Shown in pieces: positions 20,123-30,964 of a stretch of DNA of 36,332 nucleotides. The stretch is taken from assembly GCA_054600435.1 (NCBI GenBank), contig BAAIJX010000105.1:1-36332 (forward strand), written 5' to 3'. The stretch is from Neophaeotheca triangularis. Its lineage: Eukaryota. Numbering within the stretch: the first letter of the stretch is position 1; each line of letters begins with the position of its first letter. Made by a program: the position numbers and the translations under genes. The notes beneath the pieces were generated by a model. The model was not told the DNA's origin. It did no database searches and saw nothing but the letters and a program-made list of their open reading frames with translations.

Positions 20123-22525
20123 CTAATCCATCCCCAACCCGTCCACCTTCCCGAAAAACGCGCCCTTCTCATCACCCTCCCCTCTCCTCTCAGCCAAAAG
20201 CGCCTCAACATCCACCCCACCAGCGGTAAGATACTTCTCACTAACCCCAACATTAACCCTCTGCGCGAGCAATCCTTTCAACTCCCCCTTCATGCGTCCC
20301 AGCTCCGCCTTGGTGACCTCCCGCATCTCGCGCTCCTTCTTCTTCCTCCCAGCACCCCTACCCCTCTTCCCGCTACCCTCTTTGTCCAACTCCTCCGAAT
20401 CGTACTCGACGCCCAGATCCTCCGCCGCTTGCGCAAACAAGCTGTCAGTGGAAGACTTCTTCTCCTTGGCGAGCGCGGTGTCGGCAATCTTCTTCGCCAG
20501 CTGCGCACGAGGCCGTAGTCGGGAGACCACTTTGCGGTCAATATCAAGTGTGCGGATGAAGTAGCCCTGGCGCGCGGCTTCTTTGGAGGAGGCGGTGTCG
20601 AGAGCGGACTGCGCGTGAACTTTGGCGACTAGGCGGCGGACTCCGCCGACTTCTTCGGGCGCGCAGATGAGGATGCTGGAACCGCTGGCGCCTGCGCGTG
20701 CTGTGCGACCCGAGCGGTGGACGTAGGTGTCTGCGGCGCGGGGCAGGTGGTAGTGGATGACCAGCTGAACGTTGGCGATGTCGAGACCGCGGGCGGCGAC
20801 GTCGGTGGAGACGAGAGTAGAGGTTGTGTTGGCGGAGAAGCGCTCGAGGGTGCGGAGTCGGGCCTTTTGAGCCATTCCAGAGTGCAAGGCAAGAGCTGGT
20901 TGGTTCAGGTTTTGCAGTAAGGGGGTGATGCGGCGGACGGCGGAGATGGAATTTGTGAAGATGAGAGTGCGGGTGTTGGGGTGGAAGAGGAGAAGTGCGT
21001 AAAGGTAGAGGTCCTTTTCTGTGCCGGTGCACTCGATCAATCCTTCTTTGAGGTTTTGTGCGAGTTGCTTCTTGCTGTCGACGTCGATAAATTTGGGCTT
21101 CTCGCCGCGACGAAAGTTGAGCTTGGATATCAAGTAAGCTGTCGATTCGGCGGCGGACATTAGGTTGTTGTTGGGTTTTGCTTTGCCGGCTAATTTTCCT
21201 TGTAGACCGCGGTCGAAGGTGGCTGAGAACACAAGAGTCTGTCTCTCCACTTGCTCAGTGCCATCATTCGATTCAACCTCCTCGTCCTTCTCTTCCGCAA
21301 TTTCCTTGCGGTCCAGAGCATTCAGAATCTCCTCCACTTCTTTGAAGTTGCCCTGGCTGAGAAGACGATCGGCTTCGTCCACTACCAGGTAGTGGATTTG
21401 CTTCAGTGCCTGCATCAGATCCGCCCCAGAGCTGATGACTTCCCATAGTCTTCCAGGCGTACCGACAATGACATCAGCATACTTCAGTTGGCGCTGCTGC
21501 TTCTGTACGGAAAGACCTCCAGTGATCGTTGCAATGGAGGGGCTTTCGAAAGCGCCCGTGGACACCAACGCATTCATGTGTTTCTCAATCTGATGCGCCA
21601 GCTCTCTTGTTGGTGCCAAAATCAATGCAATCGGTACCTTTTCACCAGCCTCGGGTCTCTTTGACGTGGCCTTGAGCTCAAGGAAACGCTCCAAGATGGG
21701 AATACCGTACGCGAGTGTTTTTCCGGATCCTGTCGATGCCTTGCCAATGACATCTTGTCCTGACAGAATTTCGGGAATAGCTTGCCTTTGGATCTTCGTC
21801 GGCTTCCCGAACCTGAGTTTGGAGAGTGCGGCCAAGGTATCGGGAGACAGGTGAAGACTTCTCCATGCCGACATGTCAGTCGAGTTGTCTTCCTCATCAG
21901 CGAGTCCACTGAAGGCTCCATTTGCATTCTCGTTTGAGTCGGTAGTTTGCTTTTTCGTTTTCTTCTCCTTCTTTGTCGCCTTTTCTTTTGGTGCCGTCTC
22001 CCCATCTTTGGTGCCGTCTTCCGCCGATGAAGGTTTTGCAGAAACGCCGGCGTCTTGCGATGTTTTGTCCAGGCTTTCGGTTTGCTTTTTCGCCTTCTTC
22101 TCCTTCTTGGTGGCTTTCTCCTTAGCTCCAGTCTCGCTGGCTTTAGTGCTTTCGTCCGCCGGCTCGGATTTTGCAACACCTTCGTCATCCCCAAAACCAG
22201 AGAATTCTGACTCTTCGCCTTCATCGCCTGCTTCACCATAGGCCGGAAATGGATCTTCAATCTCGCCACTTCCCTCCATCCTCGGAGGTGCAGAAGACAT
22301 GAATGAGATCGCGCCGGTTGCCTCATCCTTGACAACATCTACATCGCTAACTTCCTCCAAGCCAAAGAAACCTTCGTAATCGTCCAATTTGCCTGGCATG
22401 GAAACACTCTCCCATGGAAGGGTATCTGGTCTCGCTTTCTGTTTGATTGCGGAGGTTCTGGCCTTCTTCTTTGGAGGCTCGTTGCCCTTGCCGCTTCGTT
22501 GGCGCTTCATCCCAGATGCTGGCAT
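20123..22525 (-). CDS. MAK5: ATP-dependent DEAD-box RNA helicase Mak5 (DDX24), 60S biogenesis
   Basis: 800-aa ORF with Q motif (FGKPTKIQ), ASTGSGKT, PTRELA, TPGRLW, DEAD, SAT, STDVAARGLD and YVHRSGRTAR. Mak5-like features include N-terminal GFFGLEEV, ECTGTEKDLYLYALL and terminal SEKYL. Confidence 0.93.
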   Translation of the reverse strand: MPASGMKRQRSGKGNEPPKKKARTSAIKQKARPDTLPWESVSMPGKLDDYEGFFGLEEVSDVDVVKDEATGAISFMSSAPPRMEGSGEIEDPFPAYGEAGDEGEESEFSGFGDDEGVAKSEPADESTKASETGAKEKATKKEKKAKKQTESLDKTSQDAGVSAKPSSAEDGTKDGETAPKEKATKKEKKTKKQTTDSNENANGAFSGLADEEDNSTDMSAWRSLHLSPDTLAALSKLRFGKPTKIQRQAIPEILSGQDVIGKASTGSGKTLAYGIPILERFLELKATSKRPEAGEKVPIALILAPTRELAHQIEKHMNALVSTGAFESPSIATITGGLSVQKQQRQLKYADVIVGTPGRLWEVISSGADLMQALKQIHYLVVDEADRLLSQGNFKEVEEILNALDRKEIAEEKDEEVESNDGTEQVERQTLVFSATFDRGLQGKLAGKAKPNNNLMSAAESTAYLISKLNFRRGEKPKFIDVDSKKQLAQNLKEGLIECTGTEKDLYLYALLLFHPNTRTLIFTNSISAVRRITPLLQNLNQPALALHSGMAQKARLRTLERFSANTTSTLVSTDVAARGLDIANVQLVIHYHLPRAADTYVHRSGRTARAGASGSSILICAPEEVGGVRRLVAKVHAQSALDTASSKEAARQGYFIRTLDIDRKVVSRLRPRAQLAKKIADTALAKEKKSSTDSLFAQAAEDLGVEYDSEELDKEGSGKRGRGAGRKKKEREMREVTKAELGRMKGELKGLLAQRVNVGVSEKYLTAGGVDVEALLAERRGEGDEKGAFFGKVDGLGMD

Positions 22526-22850
22526 GGTTACTATATATTGTACAAAATTGCCTTATAACTTGAAGCATTCATGAATGGAATGTCGTCTCTTCAAGAAATC
22601 TTCAGCCGACGGGAACATGGCACGGACCCTTGAGTTATCTCCAACGGTGACTAAGCAGGACCCTGCATAAGTTAAGGGAAATTATGCTGGACCCGACCAC
22701 GCTCGAGCTTCAGTCCCCCGCCCTGAACACGTGCTTCGAGTCAACAGCAACAATTCAACCCGACCTACCACCTGCATTGCTACTTATATCCTCTTCGGCT
22801 AGCTCTTTTCGTTTGAAACCAGGCAACAATTACCCGTCTCTGCAAACGCC

Positions 22851-24021
22851 ATGGTCGGACTCGAGGGCTCCATCTGGGCGCCAAAGCCGGCGCAACAGCC
22901 AGTAAAGGCACGAACCAACTAATCGCGAGCTTCAACTACTTCACGCATGCTAACAAGCCACCAAGTCGCCTTCGCCGTCTCGCGCCCATGCTTTCTCCCC
23001 AACCGCCCAGAGCTTCTCCCCACCACCGCCTCCGCCTGACATCTCGAGCATGGACAGCTTCGCGCAGACGGGTGCACAGCAAGATGACCTCTTCGACGAC
23101 GTCGTGCCCGTAGAGGAGACCGTGCAGACTCGCCCAACTGATGATCTTTTCCGAGACGGGTACACACCAATAGAGCAACCCGTCGTTGAAGAACAGCCTG
23201 TGCCGGCACCGGACAGAACTTCCAACGAAAAGGTTGCAGTCAGAGGTCGGGGCCAGACGGGCTGGAAATCCAACAACTTTCAACCGCCTAGACCCAGCAC
23301 AAACAGCGCATCGAACCACACCGCATCGACCGCCAGCGATTCTACTCAGGCGCCCGAAAGCGCACCTACGGGACCACGCAAAGGTGGCCACGCTTCCGTT
23401 CGCGGCGACAGACTTGCGACGGGCGGCACGCAAAAGGCAAAACTCACCGAAGATGAGCTCACGGCAAAGTTGGCGCAGATGAAGGTCAAAAACGAAGAGT
23501 TGACTTCGGCCTATGCTCGTCAGGAAGCGGATAGAGTCTCCTTTGCTGAGCGCGAGACCAAGGCCAAGGCGAAAGCACAGGAGTTGCAGAAGCGGGACAG
23601 GCAAAACAGACAGCAGATGATGGGGGAACGGGAGAAGAACAGGATGAGGAAGCTCAAGGCGCACAAGGAGTGGGATGTGGATAAGGGAGATGAGGGCAAG
23701 AGTGAGAAGAGGGGTGCGTATGGGGAAGGGGGGTGGGGTCGCGACCAGGGCGACTATACGGATGGGACGGAGTACATTTACCACGAGGGCAGAGGTCGCG
23801 GGGGTAGGGACAGGCCGCGCGGTGGACGTGGAGGGGAGAACCGTCAGCCTCAAGCGCAGAAGCTGCCGCAAAAGGAGGATTTCCCGTCTCTACCTGCGGC
23901 CGCGCAAAAGGAGGATTCGGTTGCTCCTTCGTCGGCTGAGTTCGTCGGCGGTGGAGAGGCAAGCGGTTCGTGGGCCGATCAGATGGAGTCTTCGCGCCAG
24001 GAGGGGCCTTCCAGCAACTAG
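22851..24021 (+). CDS. Uncharacterised coiled-coil / RGG-containing protein (possibly Gfd1-like)
   Basis: join(22851..22901,22966..24021). The intron GTAAAG...GCTAAC(22949)...AAG puts MVGLEGSIWAPKPAQQP in frame with ORF 23050..24021. The product has an acidic DDLF repeat, a central coiled coil, an RGRGG tract, DFPSLP and terminal SWADQME. Confidence 0.8.
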
Positions 24022-24665
24022 TCGTTGCAGGGCAATCGGTCTTGGTCTGAGGACGCGAGTAAGTGTCTCCAAACGGCCGTTCCTCGGTCCCCAAACAACC
24101 CAATGGGTTTGTCTGTGAACAAGGACGCGCCAGAGGTGACTCGAGGCACGAAGTTGGTTCGCCACATGACTGTAGGTTTCGTTCTGGCAGATCAAAACAA
24201 GATCTCGCTTGCTAATGTCATCGCAGGAGGGCTTGCGGCGCGGCGCCAGGCGTCGTGCGCGTGTTGAGTAGCGCTTTTCGAGCTTTTCTGCTCAGCAACG
24301 ATCGTAGCTGTCTACAGTCCACTCAGTTAGGAGCGGTACATGTTCAAGTTGGCGAAGCTCTCAAGCTGTTGTAGCTCACCTTCCTATTTGGGATAGGTGG
24401 ATTTGACAGCCGACTACCGTTTGCATTTGAGCATCACGACACGTACGAAATCAAAAGCATTCATAGCTTTAGGAAGAAAAGACAGCAAAGTCGCCATTCT
24501 CAAAAGCTTTTCCATCGACTTCAGCCCCAAGCTTTGTATTTTGCGAAGTTCTCTTCTTGTGTTCCAATCTTCACGGTTCTCCAGAAATTCGGCCACAAAA
24601 GAACCGATTGCTTCAGTCTCCGAGTGCTCATCTTCTGCACAGGGATACAAAAACTAGACTCCAAC

Positions 24666-25469
24666 ATGTCCCTAGAAACCGGCCTCAAAGACGTCCACGT
24701 CCTTATAACGGGCGCCTCCGGCGGCATCGGCTACGAAACGGCTCTGACATTCCACAACCTAGGCGCCCGCGTCACCGCCCACTACAACACCTCCCCAGGC
24801 CCACTAACCAAGCACCCCGACATCCTAGCTCTCCAAGCCGACGTCCGCTCCGAGACCGATATCACCACCCTCTTCACAACCGCCACAACCCACCACGCCA
24901 CCCCCGTAGCAATCCTAATCATCAACCACGGCATCTGGCCCACGACTCCCACGGCCGTCGCCGACATGCCCCTGGCCCAATTCCGCAATACCCTTGACGT
25001 GAACCTGACGGGTGCCTTCCTACTCAGCCGCGCTTACCTGTCCGCTCTCCGCGCGGCCCCGGTTTCCACAAAAGCCATCGCGAACATCGTTATGATAGGC
25101 AGCACCGCGGGCAAACACGGCGAGGCGCAGCACGCCGACTACAGCGCGAGCAAGGCGGCGCTGATGTATGGTCTCGTGCCGTCGCTGAAGAATGAGATTG
25201 TGGCGATGGCGCCGCGCGGGAGGGTCAATGCTGTGGATCCGGGGTGGGTGGCGACGCCTATGGCGGAGGCGACGCTGGGGGATCGCGGGTTCGTGGAGAG
25301 GGCGCTTAGTACGACTGCTTTGAGGAAGGTTGCCACGACTAGGGATGTGGCGAGGCAGGTCGTTGTGGTCGCGAGCCCGGAGTTGAGCGGGCATGTTAGT
25401 GGGGCGAATTTGATGGTGGATGGGGGAATGGAGGGGCGGTTGCTTTGGCCACCCGGGGGCCAAGAGTAA
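24666..25469 (+). CDS. Short-chain dehydrogenase/reductase (classical SDR)
   Basis: The first ATG at 24666 gives MSLETGLKDVHVLITGASGGIG (TGxxxGxG). Also present: INHG (NNAG variant), catalytic S...YSASK (YxxxK), VNAVDPGWVAT and VSGANLMVDGG. Confidence 0.92.
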   Translation: MSLETGLKDVHVLITGASGGIGYETALTFHNLGARVTAHYNTSPGPLTKHPDILALQADVRSETDITTLFTTATTHHATPVAILIINHGIWPTTPTAVADMPLAQFRNTLDVNLTGAFLLSRAYLSALRAAPVSTKAIANIVMIGSTAGKHGEAQHADYSASKAALMYGLVPSLKNEIVAMAPRGRVNAVDPGWVATPMAEATLGDRGFVERALSTTALRKVATTRDVARQVVVVASPELSGHVSGANLMVDGGMEGRLLWPPGGQE

Positions 25470-25544
25470 TCGCTGGGCAGGGGTGTGGATGGTGTTGGTC
25501 CGATGGGGTTTGGTGTAATTGGTTGATTTAGCTACGCTATGCTA

Positions 25545-28291
25545 TCACTGCGCCACGCGCGCCGCTGCCTCATGCTCCTTCCTCTCTCGTTGACAGACTT
25601 TGGCCAGCGGCTCTATCATGTCGAGCCAGCTGTTCGCACTTCCCCAGCACTTGAGCATTCGTAAGATCTTGCAACCTTCAAGCAAAACTCGCTCGGGCCC
25701 CTTGGGGGCGTAGAGGTCCGGCACGCCGTTCAGACGCGCTTGCATGGTGCCGCCGACTCGCACGAACTGCTGTACTAGCTCGTCATCTGTAGGCCGATCG
25801 AGGAGAATGATACTGCACTCATCCTCTGCTTCAGAAGTAGGGGGGCTGGCGGTGGCGTTTCGGGTACCCGCTGCGGAAGCATTGTTGCTTGCGGCGGCTG
25901 ATCGTTGAGCTTGAGCGATGCGTTTGCCGTTGGGTGAATAGGTTCCAAAAGCCCAGAGCATCAGAGCTGCGAGTGCGGCGGCTGAGGGCTCGTAAAAAGC
26001 ATCGATGGAGAACCTGCGGACGTGCCATAGTACAACTCCACTGTGAATGGCGGCTAGGCGGGCCTTGTACTGGCATTGGCGGGCCCAGCGTTGGACATGC
26101 TGCTCGTGGGCTCGCAAATCCTTTTCTTGCCAGTAGTCTCGGCTACTGATTGTTCTCAGTTTGGCGAGCTGTTTGATGTGATTGTAGGGCGATAGAAGGA
26201 CGATGCGCGCGAGATGCAAATGGATCACTGTTGGGTGTTCAATACCGCTTGCTTTGCCTATTGTTGCGTTGGCCTGCCAGTGGAGGATGTCTAAGCAGTC
26301 GCATGCAGAGTTTTGCCAGCGCGTGAATGTCGGTACGCTGGGAAGCCAGACAGACTCATCCTCTTGCAGTACCTCTTCGCTAGACTGCTTCGTGGCGGTT
26401 GGGGTCCATTGAGATAGCGGGTCTGATAGATATCGTTCTACTTCCCACTGCCGATGGAAAAGCCCATGGATTGATAGGATCCGAGCAAATTCGCCTCGCT
26501 CTTTGGGAAGTTTCTTGTCGATGTACAGCTGTTGTACTGCTATTGGCAGAGTAGGTTGCTCAGAAGCATTCGCGAACGATGAACGCCATTCGTCGGCAGT
26601 TGCTGCGGACCAGAGTCTTTCGGGGCATGGCAATGGAATATTAGCGTCGCGCAGATTTAGTACTGGCTTCACGCCAAATTGAAAGTCCCACATGCAGTCG
26701 AGTAGCCACAGACAATACGATGCGCGAACGGACGATTCGATAACTACCCAGTCGTTCCAGTCTATACTTGTTTGTGTTGTGCAGTCGTGCGCCCGTCGTG
26801 CGGCCGACTTTGTAGTCTCATAGTAACGAGCAAGTTCTGAATGCATAGCCAGGCCCTGACCGATTAGCCTGTAGTCGCCGCTATATATTAGACTGACGAC
26901 ATGCAATAAGCTAATTTGTGCTCTGACTGAATTCTGGATCCTCAAGGCTGGGTCGTGGTCGATCTTAACGACCAGTCTGTCGACGAGTTCGGTCATTGCC
27001 AGGACAAAATGGTCAGAACCTGGAGCCTCGAGGTAGTGTGCAGCTATAGTCGCCATTGCCAGCAACAACAGCCAGTGTGGGTTTGAAGCTTCGAACGTAG
27101 GAAGGTGAAGAAACGGCATTGATTGTGAGTAAAATTTGGCATACATAGCGAGCAGATGCTCAAGATGCTCTTTTGGTGGAAAGACCAAAGGCTCGAAAGG
27201 AGTCTTCGCGGTACCTGGCTCATCGACAACCCTAGAGTATGCAGAAAGCATCTGCTCATAGGCAGAGGGCTGTATGGTCACCCAGCGGGTTAATTCAATC
27301 TCCGATTGCAGTGGGCTTTGTAGCGTTAAAAATGATCGATTGAAAAAGACCTGGCGTGGCGTCGAGGCCTTCTGCGATAGCTTTCTGCGCTTCGTTCGAG
27401 GTAGCCGAGCGGGCTCGCCGTCTACGTAGTACTCTCCAACTTCAGTAATGGGACTTTCCAGTGCCCCATCCGTTCCAGTTCCTGATGATTGTGCTGCAAG
27501 AGGGGAAGGACCTCCAGCATAACCTCTTGGTTGCATGGGCGAGGCTCTGACTTGCTGTTGAGATGTCAGATTGCCATAGTCGACTGGATGCGGTAACACA
27601 GGCGCGCTTTGAGGAGCGCTATAGAGGCCGCTTGGGTCTAGTGGCATTTGATAATTTTGGAATGAAAGGTCGGCGAATGCATCGTCGGTAGTTCCTTCAA
27701 GCCAATTGATGGTGGACAAGACATTAGGATTCCAAAAATCCAGATCCAGCATGTCTGTATCGTCCACCATCGGAGCCTGCGCCGGTTGGAAGGATTCCTG
27801 ATTTATTTGAGAGGGCGGCAAGGAATGCATATTAGCGTTGGGACAGTCCTGGCGGTCAACAGGGGCACTATCATCCGCCATCGCAGGAGAGCTCGCTGCT
27901 CGGGCCTGGAAAGGATAAGAGCAATCCAGACCGCGTCCCTGGCATCGTTGACATGGCGTTTCTCCAGAGCAGCGAATCTTCGACGTGGCACAATTTGTGC
28001 ATGCTCTGCCACCACGCTTGAGCAGGCTGGGGGTTTCCAACTGATGTGTCTGCTCGTGCCGCTGCAATGCATCCCTACGGCTACTGTATTAGCCAACGAC
28101 TCTACTGTAGGGCTGCCTGTCAGAACGAGGACTTGCCTCCGTGGAAAAGCCTTGGGACATGTCTGGCACTGGAACGACTTGTTGTTCGAGTGCAAGGTGG
28201 CTTGGTGGCGCTTCAGGTGCTCATGGCGACCGAATACCTTGGGACACTCGGTGCACTGTAGTGTCTTCGCCTGCGCCGGGGGGGCTGACAT
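25545..28291 (-). CDS. Transcription factor with two C2H2 fingers, a Zn(II)2Cys6 cluster and a fungal TF middle-homology region
   Basis: complement(join(25545..28074,28137..28291)). Fingers CTECPKVFGRHEHLKRHQATLH and CQTCPKAFPRR|DALQRHEQTH; cluster ACTNCATSKIRCSGETPCQRCQGRGLDC; MHR motifs PFLHLPTF and LPCPERLW. Requires a 62-nt GC-AG intron at 28136..28075. Confidence 0.9.
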
Positions 28292-28747
28292 TTTCTGGTA
28301 GCTATCACATGATATATTCTCATCGCTGACAGTGGTTTGATCAGCACGCAGGCCAAAGACGTTTCGGACAGAGACGAGGGGTTGAGACAGCGGGCCGGAG
28401 GGGTGAAGTCTGCACAGACCACTTCTCTCTGCAGGTGTTCTCAGCCTCCCGTCTCCCCGCGGGCTTGTCCTTGTCTCATCTTGCCTCCTTCGGATCGACA
28501 TCATCTCACTCCTCCGGGCATCCCGCCTTTTGCCTCTACTTTCTCATTCCCTATTGTGCGGCCATGGACCGCCGACAGTACTAGTGTGGGTATTGGCAGA
28601 CCAAGTAAGTAGCCTTGTGCTTTCATCAGTGCCAGGCAGCATCAATTTTCCTACTTTTCCCTCGTCTCATTCAAGCTTCCCAACCCTTCAGAGCGCTCCT
28701 TACCGGTATAACCCCCCCTCCCGCCTTGCTTGAAGCGTTCGTCCGAC

Positions 28748-30964
28748 ATGTCTTACCCGCAAGAATCCTTTGTGAATACCAAGATTCACCCAGAATCAGT
28801 CATTGGGAAGCGACGCGAGGCAGTAGTAGCCAACACCCTGCTGTACCAGCTTCAAGTGTTGAAGGATACAGGCCGTTACGATGCCTTCAAACTGGAATGG
28901 CTCCCCATCTACGATCAGCCACCCACCGTTTGGCCTATCCCCGATCAGTGAGTAGACATTGTGTACGTTTGGTCAATGGCGAGTTCAATCTGACAGAGGG
29001 TCCTCAAAGTCAATTCTTCGAATCCGACGTTGCCAAGTGGATCGAAGGGGCGTCTTACTTCCGGAGAGAGAAGTCCATCCCGGAGGTTGATGCTGCGGTC
29101 AAAGAACTGGTGGAGATGATCAGAAAGGCTCAGCAACCTGATGGGTACCTTAATATCCATTACGTTGTTGTTGAACCGGGCAAACGCTTCACCAATCTAC
29201 GTGACATGCATGAACTGCACGTTTAAAGCCATCTCTTGCTTTGATCTATTCCCAGCAGCTAACAAAACTCTAGATACAATGCCGGACATATGATTGAAGC
29301 GGCTCTGGCTCACCACCAAGCCTATGGTAACGAAGATCTTCTCGAGCCGATTCTGAAGTACGTGGACTTGTTGTGCAAGACTTTCGGCCCTGGAGAAGAT
29401 CAGCTGCACGGCTACCCCGGCCATCCCGAGATCGAACTTTCTTTGCTGCGGCTCTACCAGCGGACTGGCGATGCAAAGATTCTCAAGCTTGCGGAGTTCT
29501 TCCTCACCGAGCGTGGCAATCCAACAGGCTGGGATGGTCGACATTATTACGAGGTCGAGGCAGAGAAACGCGGTGATGACCTCAACAAACGACCGGCGTA
29601 CTATCCCGAGAGCTCATCTCTATGGTATTACCAAGCTCATCAGCCGATCATTGATCAAAAGACAGTCGAAGGTCACTCGGTTCGCGCGATGTATCTGCTG
29701 ACCGCCGCCGCGGACCTCGTGGCAACGCCTGGAGCCAAAGCGGATCAAAAGCTCTTACAAGCAATTGAAAGGCTTTGGCAGAATATGGTTCAACGGAAGA
29801 TGTACGTCACAGGAGGCATTGGCGCTATCCGACAGTGGGAAGGGTTCGGCAAGGACTACTACCTACCTCAGGGCACCGATGAAGGCGGTTGTTACTCCGA
29901 AACGTGTGCCGCGATTGGCGTTATGATGTTGGCTGAGAGACTGCTGCAGGTTAGTAGAGAGTTGCAATCAAGGGCTAATTTACCTCCTGACAAATATTCA
30001 GATTGACCTCGACGGTCGCTATGCTGACATTATGGAACTTTGCCTTTACAACGCAGTGCTCACAGCTATGAGCCATGACGGTAAAGCTTTCAGCTATGAC
30101 AATCAGCTGGCTTCGAGCGACAAGGACCCTAACGCGCGTGCCAAGTGGTTCACGGTAGCATGTTGCCCTCCAAACATTTTGAGGCTTCTTGGCCAGATCG
30201 GTGGCTACACGTGGATGCATCAAGCCAGTAAGCCCTCGGAGCTATCTGTGCATCTCTTCGTCCCTAGTACATACGCTGCGGATGGAATCGAAGTTGCCCA
30301 AGAAAGCGATTGGCCGTGGGTGGGAGACGTCAAGTTTTCTATCAAGAAAGCACCGAGCGATTTCCGGATGAACGTTAGAGTGCCCGCCTGGGCGACCGAC
30401 TACAAGGTATAAAGAGCTTACATGCTTTCAATCCAACCACGACGTAGTTCTAACACGAAAATACAGCTCGTCCCTGAATGCTCGGATGCTGTATTGGAGA
30501 AAGGCTACCTGACCCTCCCATCCTCCTACCTCACCACCAACAGAGACTTCACCCTTCACATCCCCCTCAGACACCGTCTGATAGCACCACACCCCCTAAC
30601 GAACCAGACTACACTCTCCCTTGCTCGCGGGCCCATCATCTACTGTGTGGAGGACTACGACAACACCTGGGAAACCAATCACTTCAAGGATGTCCACCTC
30701 CACCCAGACGCCAAGATCGAAGAAACCGACATCAACGACAAGCAAACGGGGGACCGCTACATTGGTCTGACAGCTAAGAATGGCGCTACACGCATCTCGC
30801 TGGAAAGCATCAATGCCGCTCCTGGGATTGACGTCGAGGCTTTGGACGGCATTGCTAAAAACTCGGAGGTTATCCCCGACTTGCACTTTGTGCCGTATTA
30901 CTTTAGGGCAAACAGAGAAGGAAGGGGGCAAATGAGGGTTGGGTTGCAGAGGATGCAGCGGTAG
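28748..30964 (+). CDS. Glycoside hydrolase family 127 (DUF1680) beta-L-arabinofuranosidase-like, intracellular
   Basis: join(28748..28947,29010..29216,29274..29949,30002..30406,30467..30964). Motifs: SDVAKWIE, HELYNAGH, PGHPEIEL, GHSVRAMYL, YVTGGIG, WEGF, YSETCA, ACCPPN. These carry the HypBA1-type Glu/Cys zinc-binding and nucleophile residues. No signal peptide is apparent. Confidence 0.93.

Noticed and set aside
22936..23871. 311-aa antisense ORF
   Set aside because: It fully overlaps the + strand gene, has a non-ATG start and shows no recognisable motifs.
24414..24665. 78-aa minus-strand ORF and upstream extension of the SDR ORF
   Set aside because: Both have non-ATG starts and no motif support. 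The SDR Rossmann motif begins right after ATG 24666.
28395..28517. Three CreA-type SYGGRG sites in the TF/GH127 divergent promoter (28395, 28455, 28512)
   Set aside because: Plausible for a sugar-catabolic gene, but this degenerate hexamer is expected about this often by chance in GC-rich DNA.
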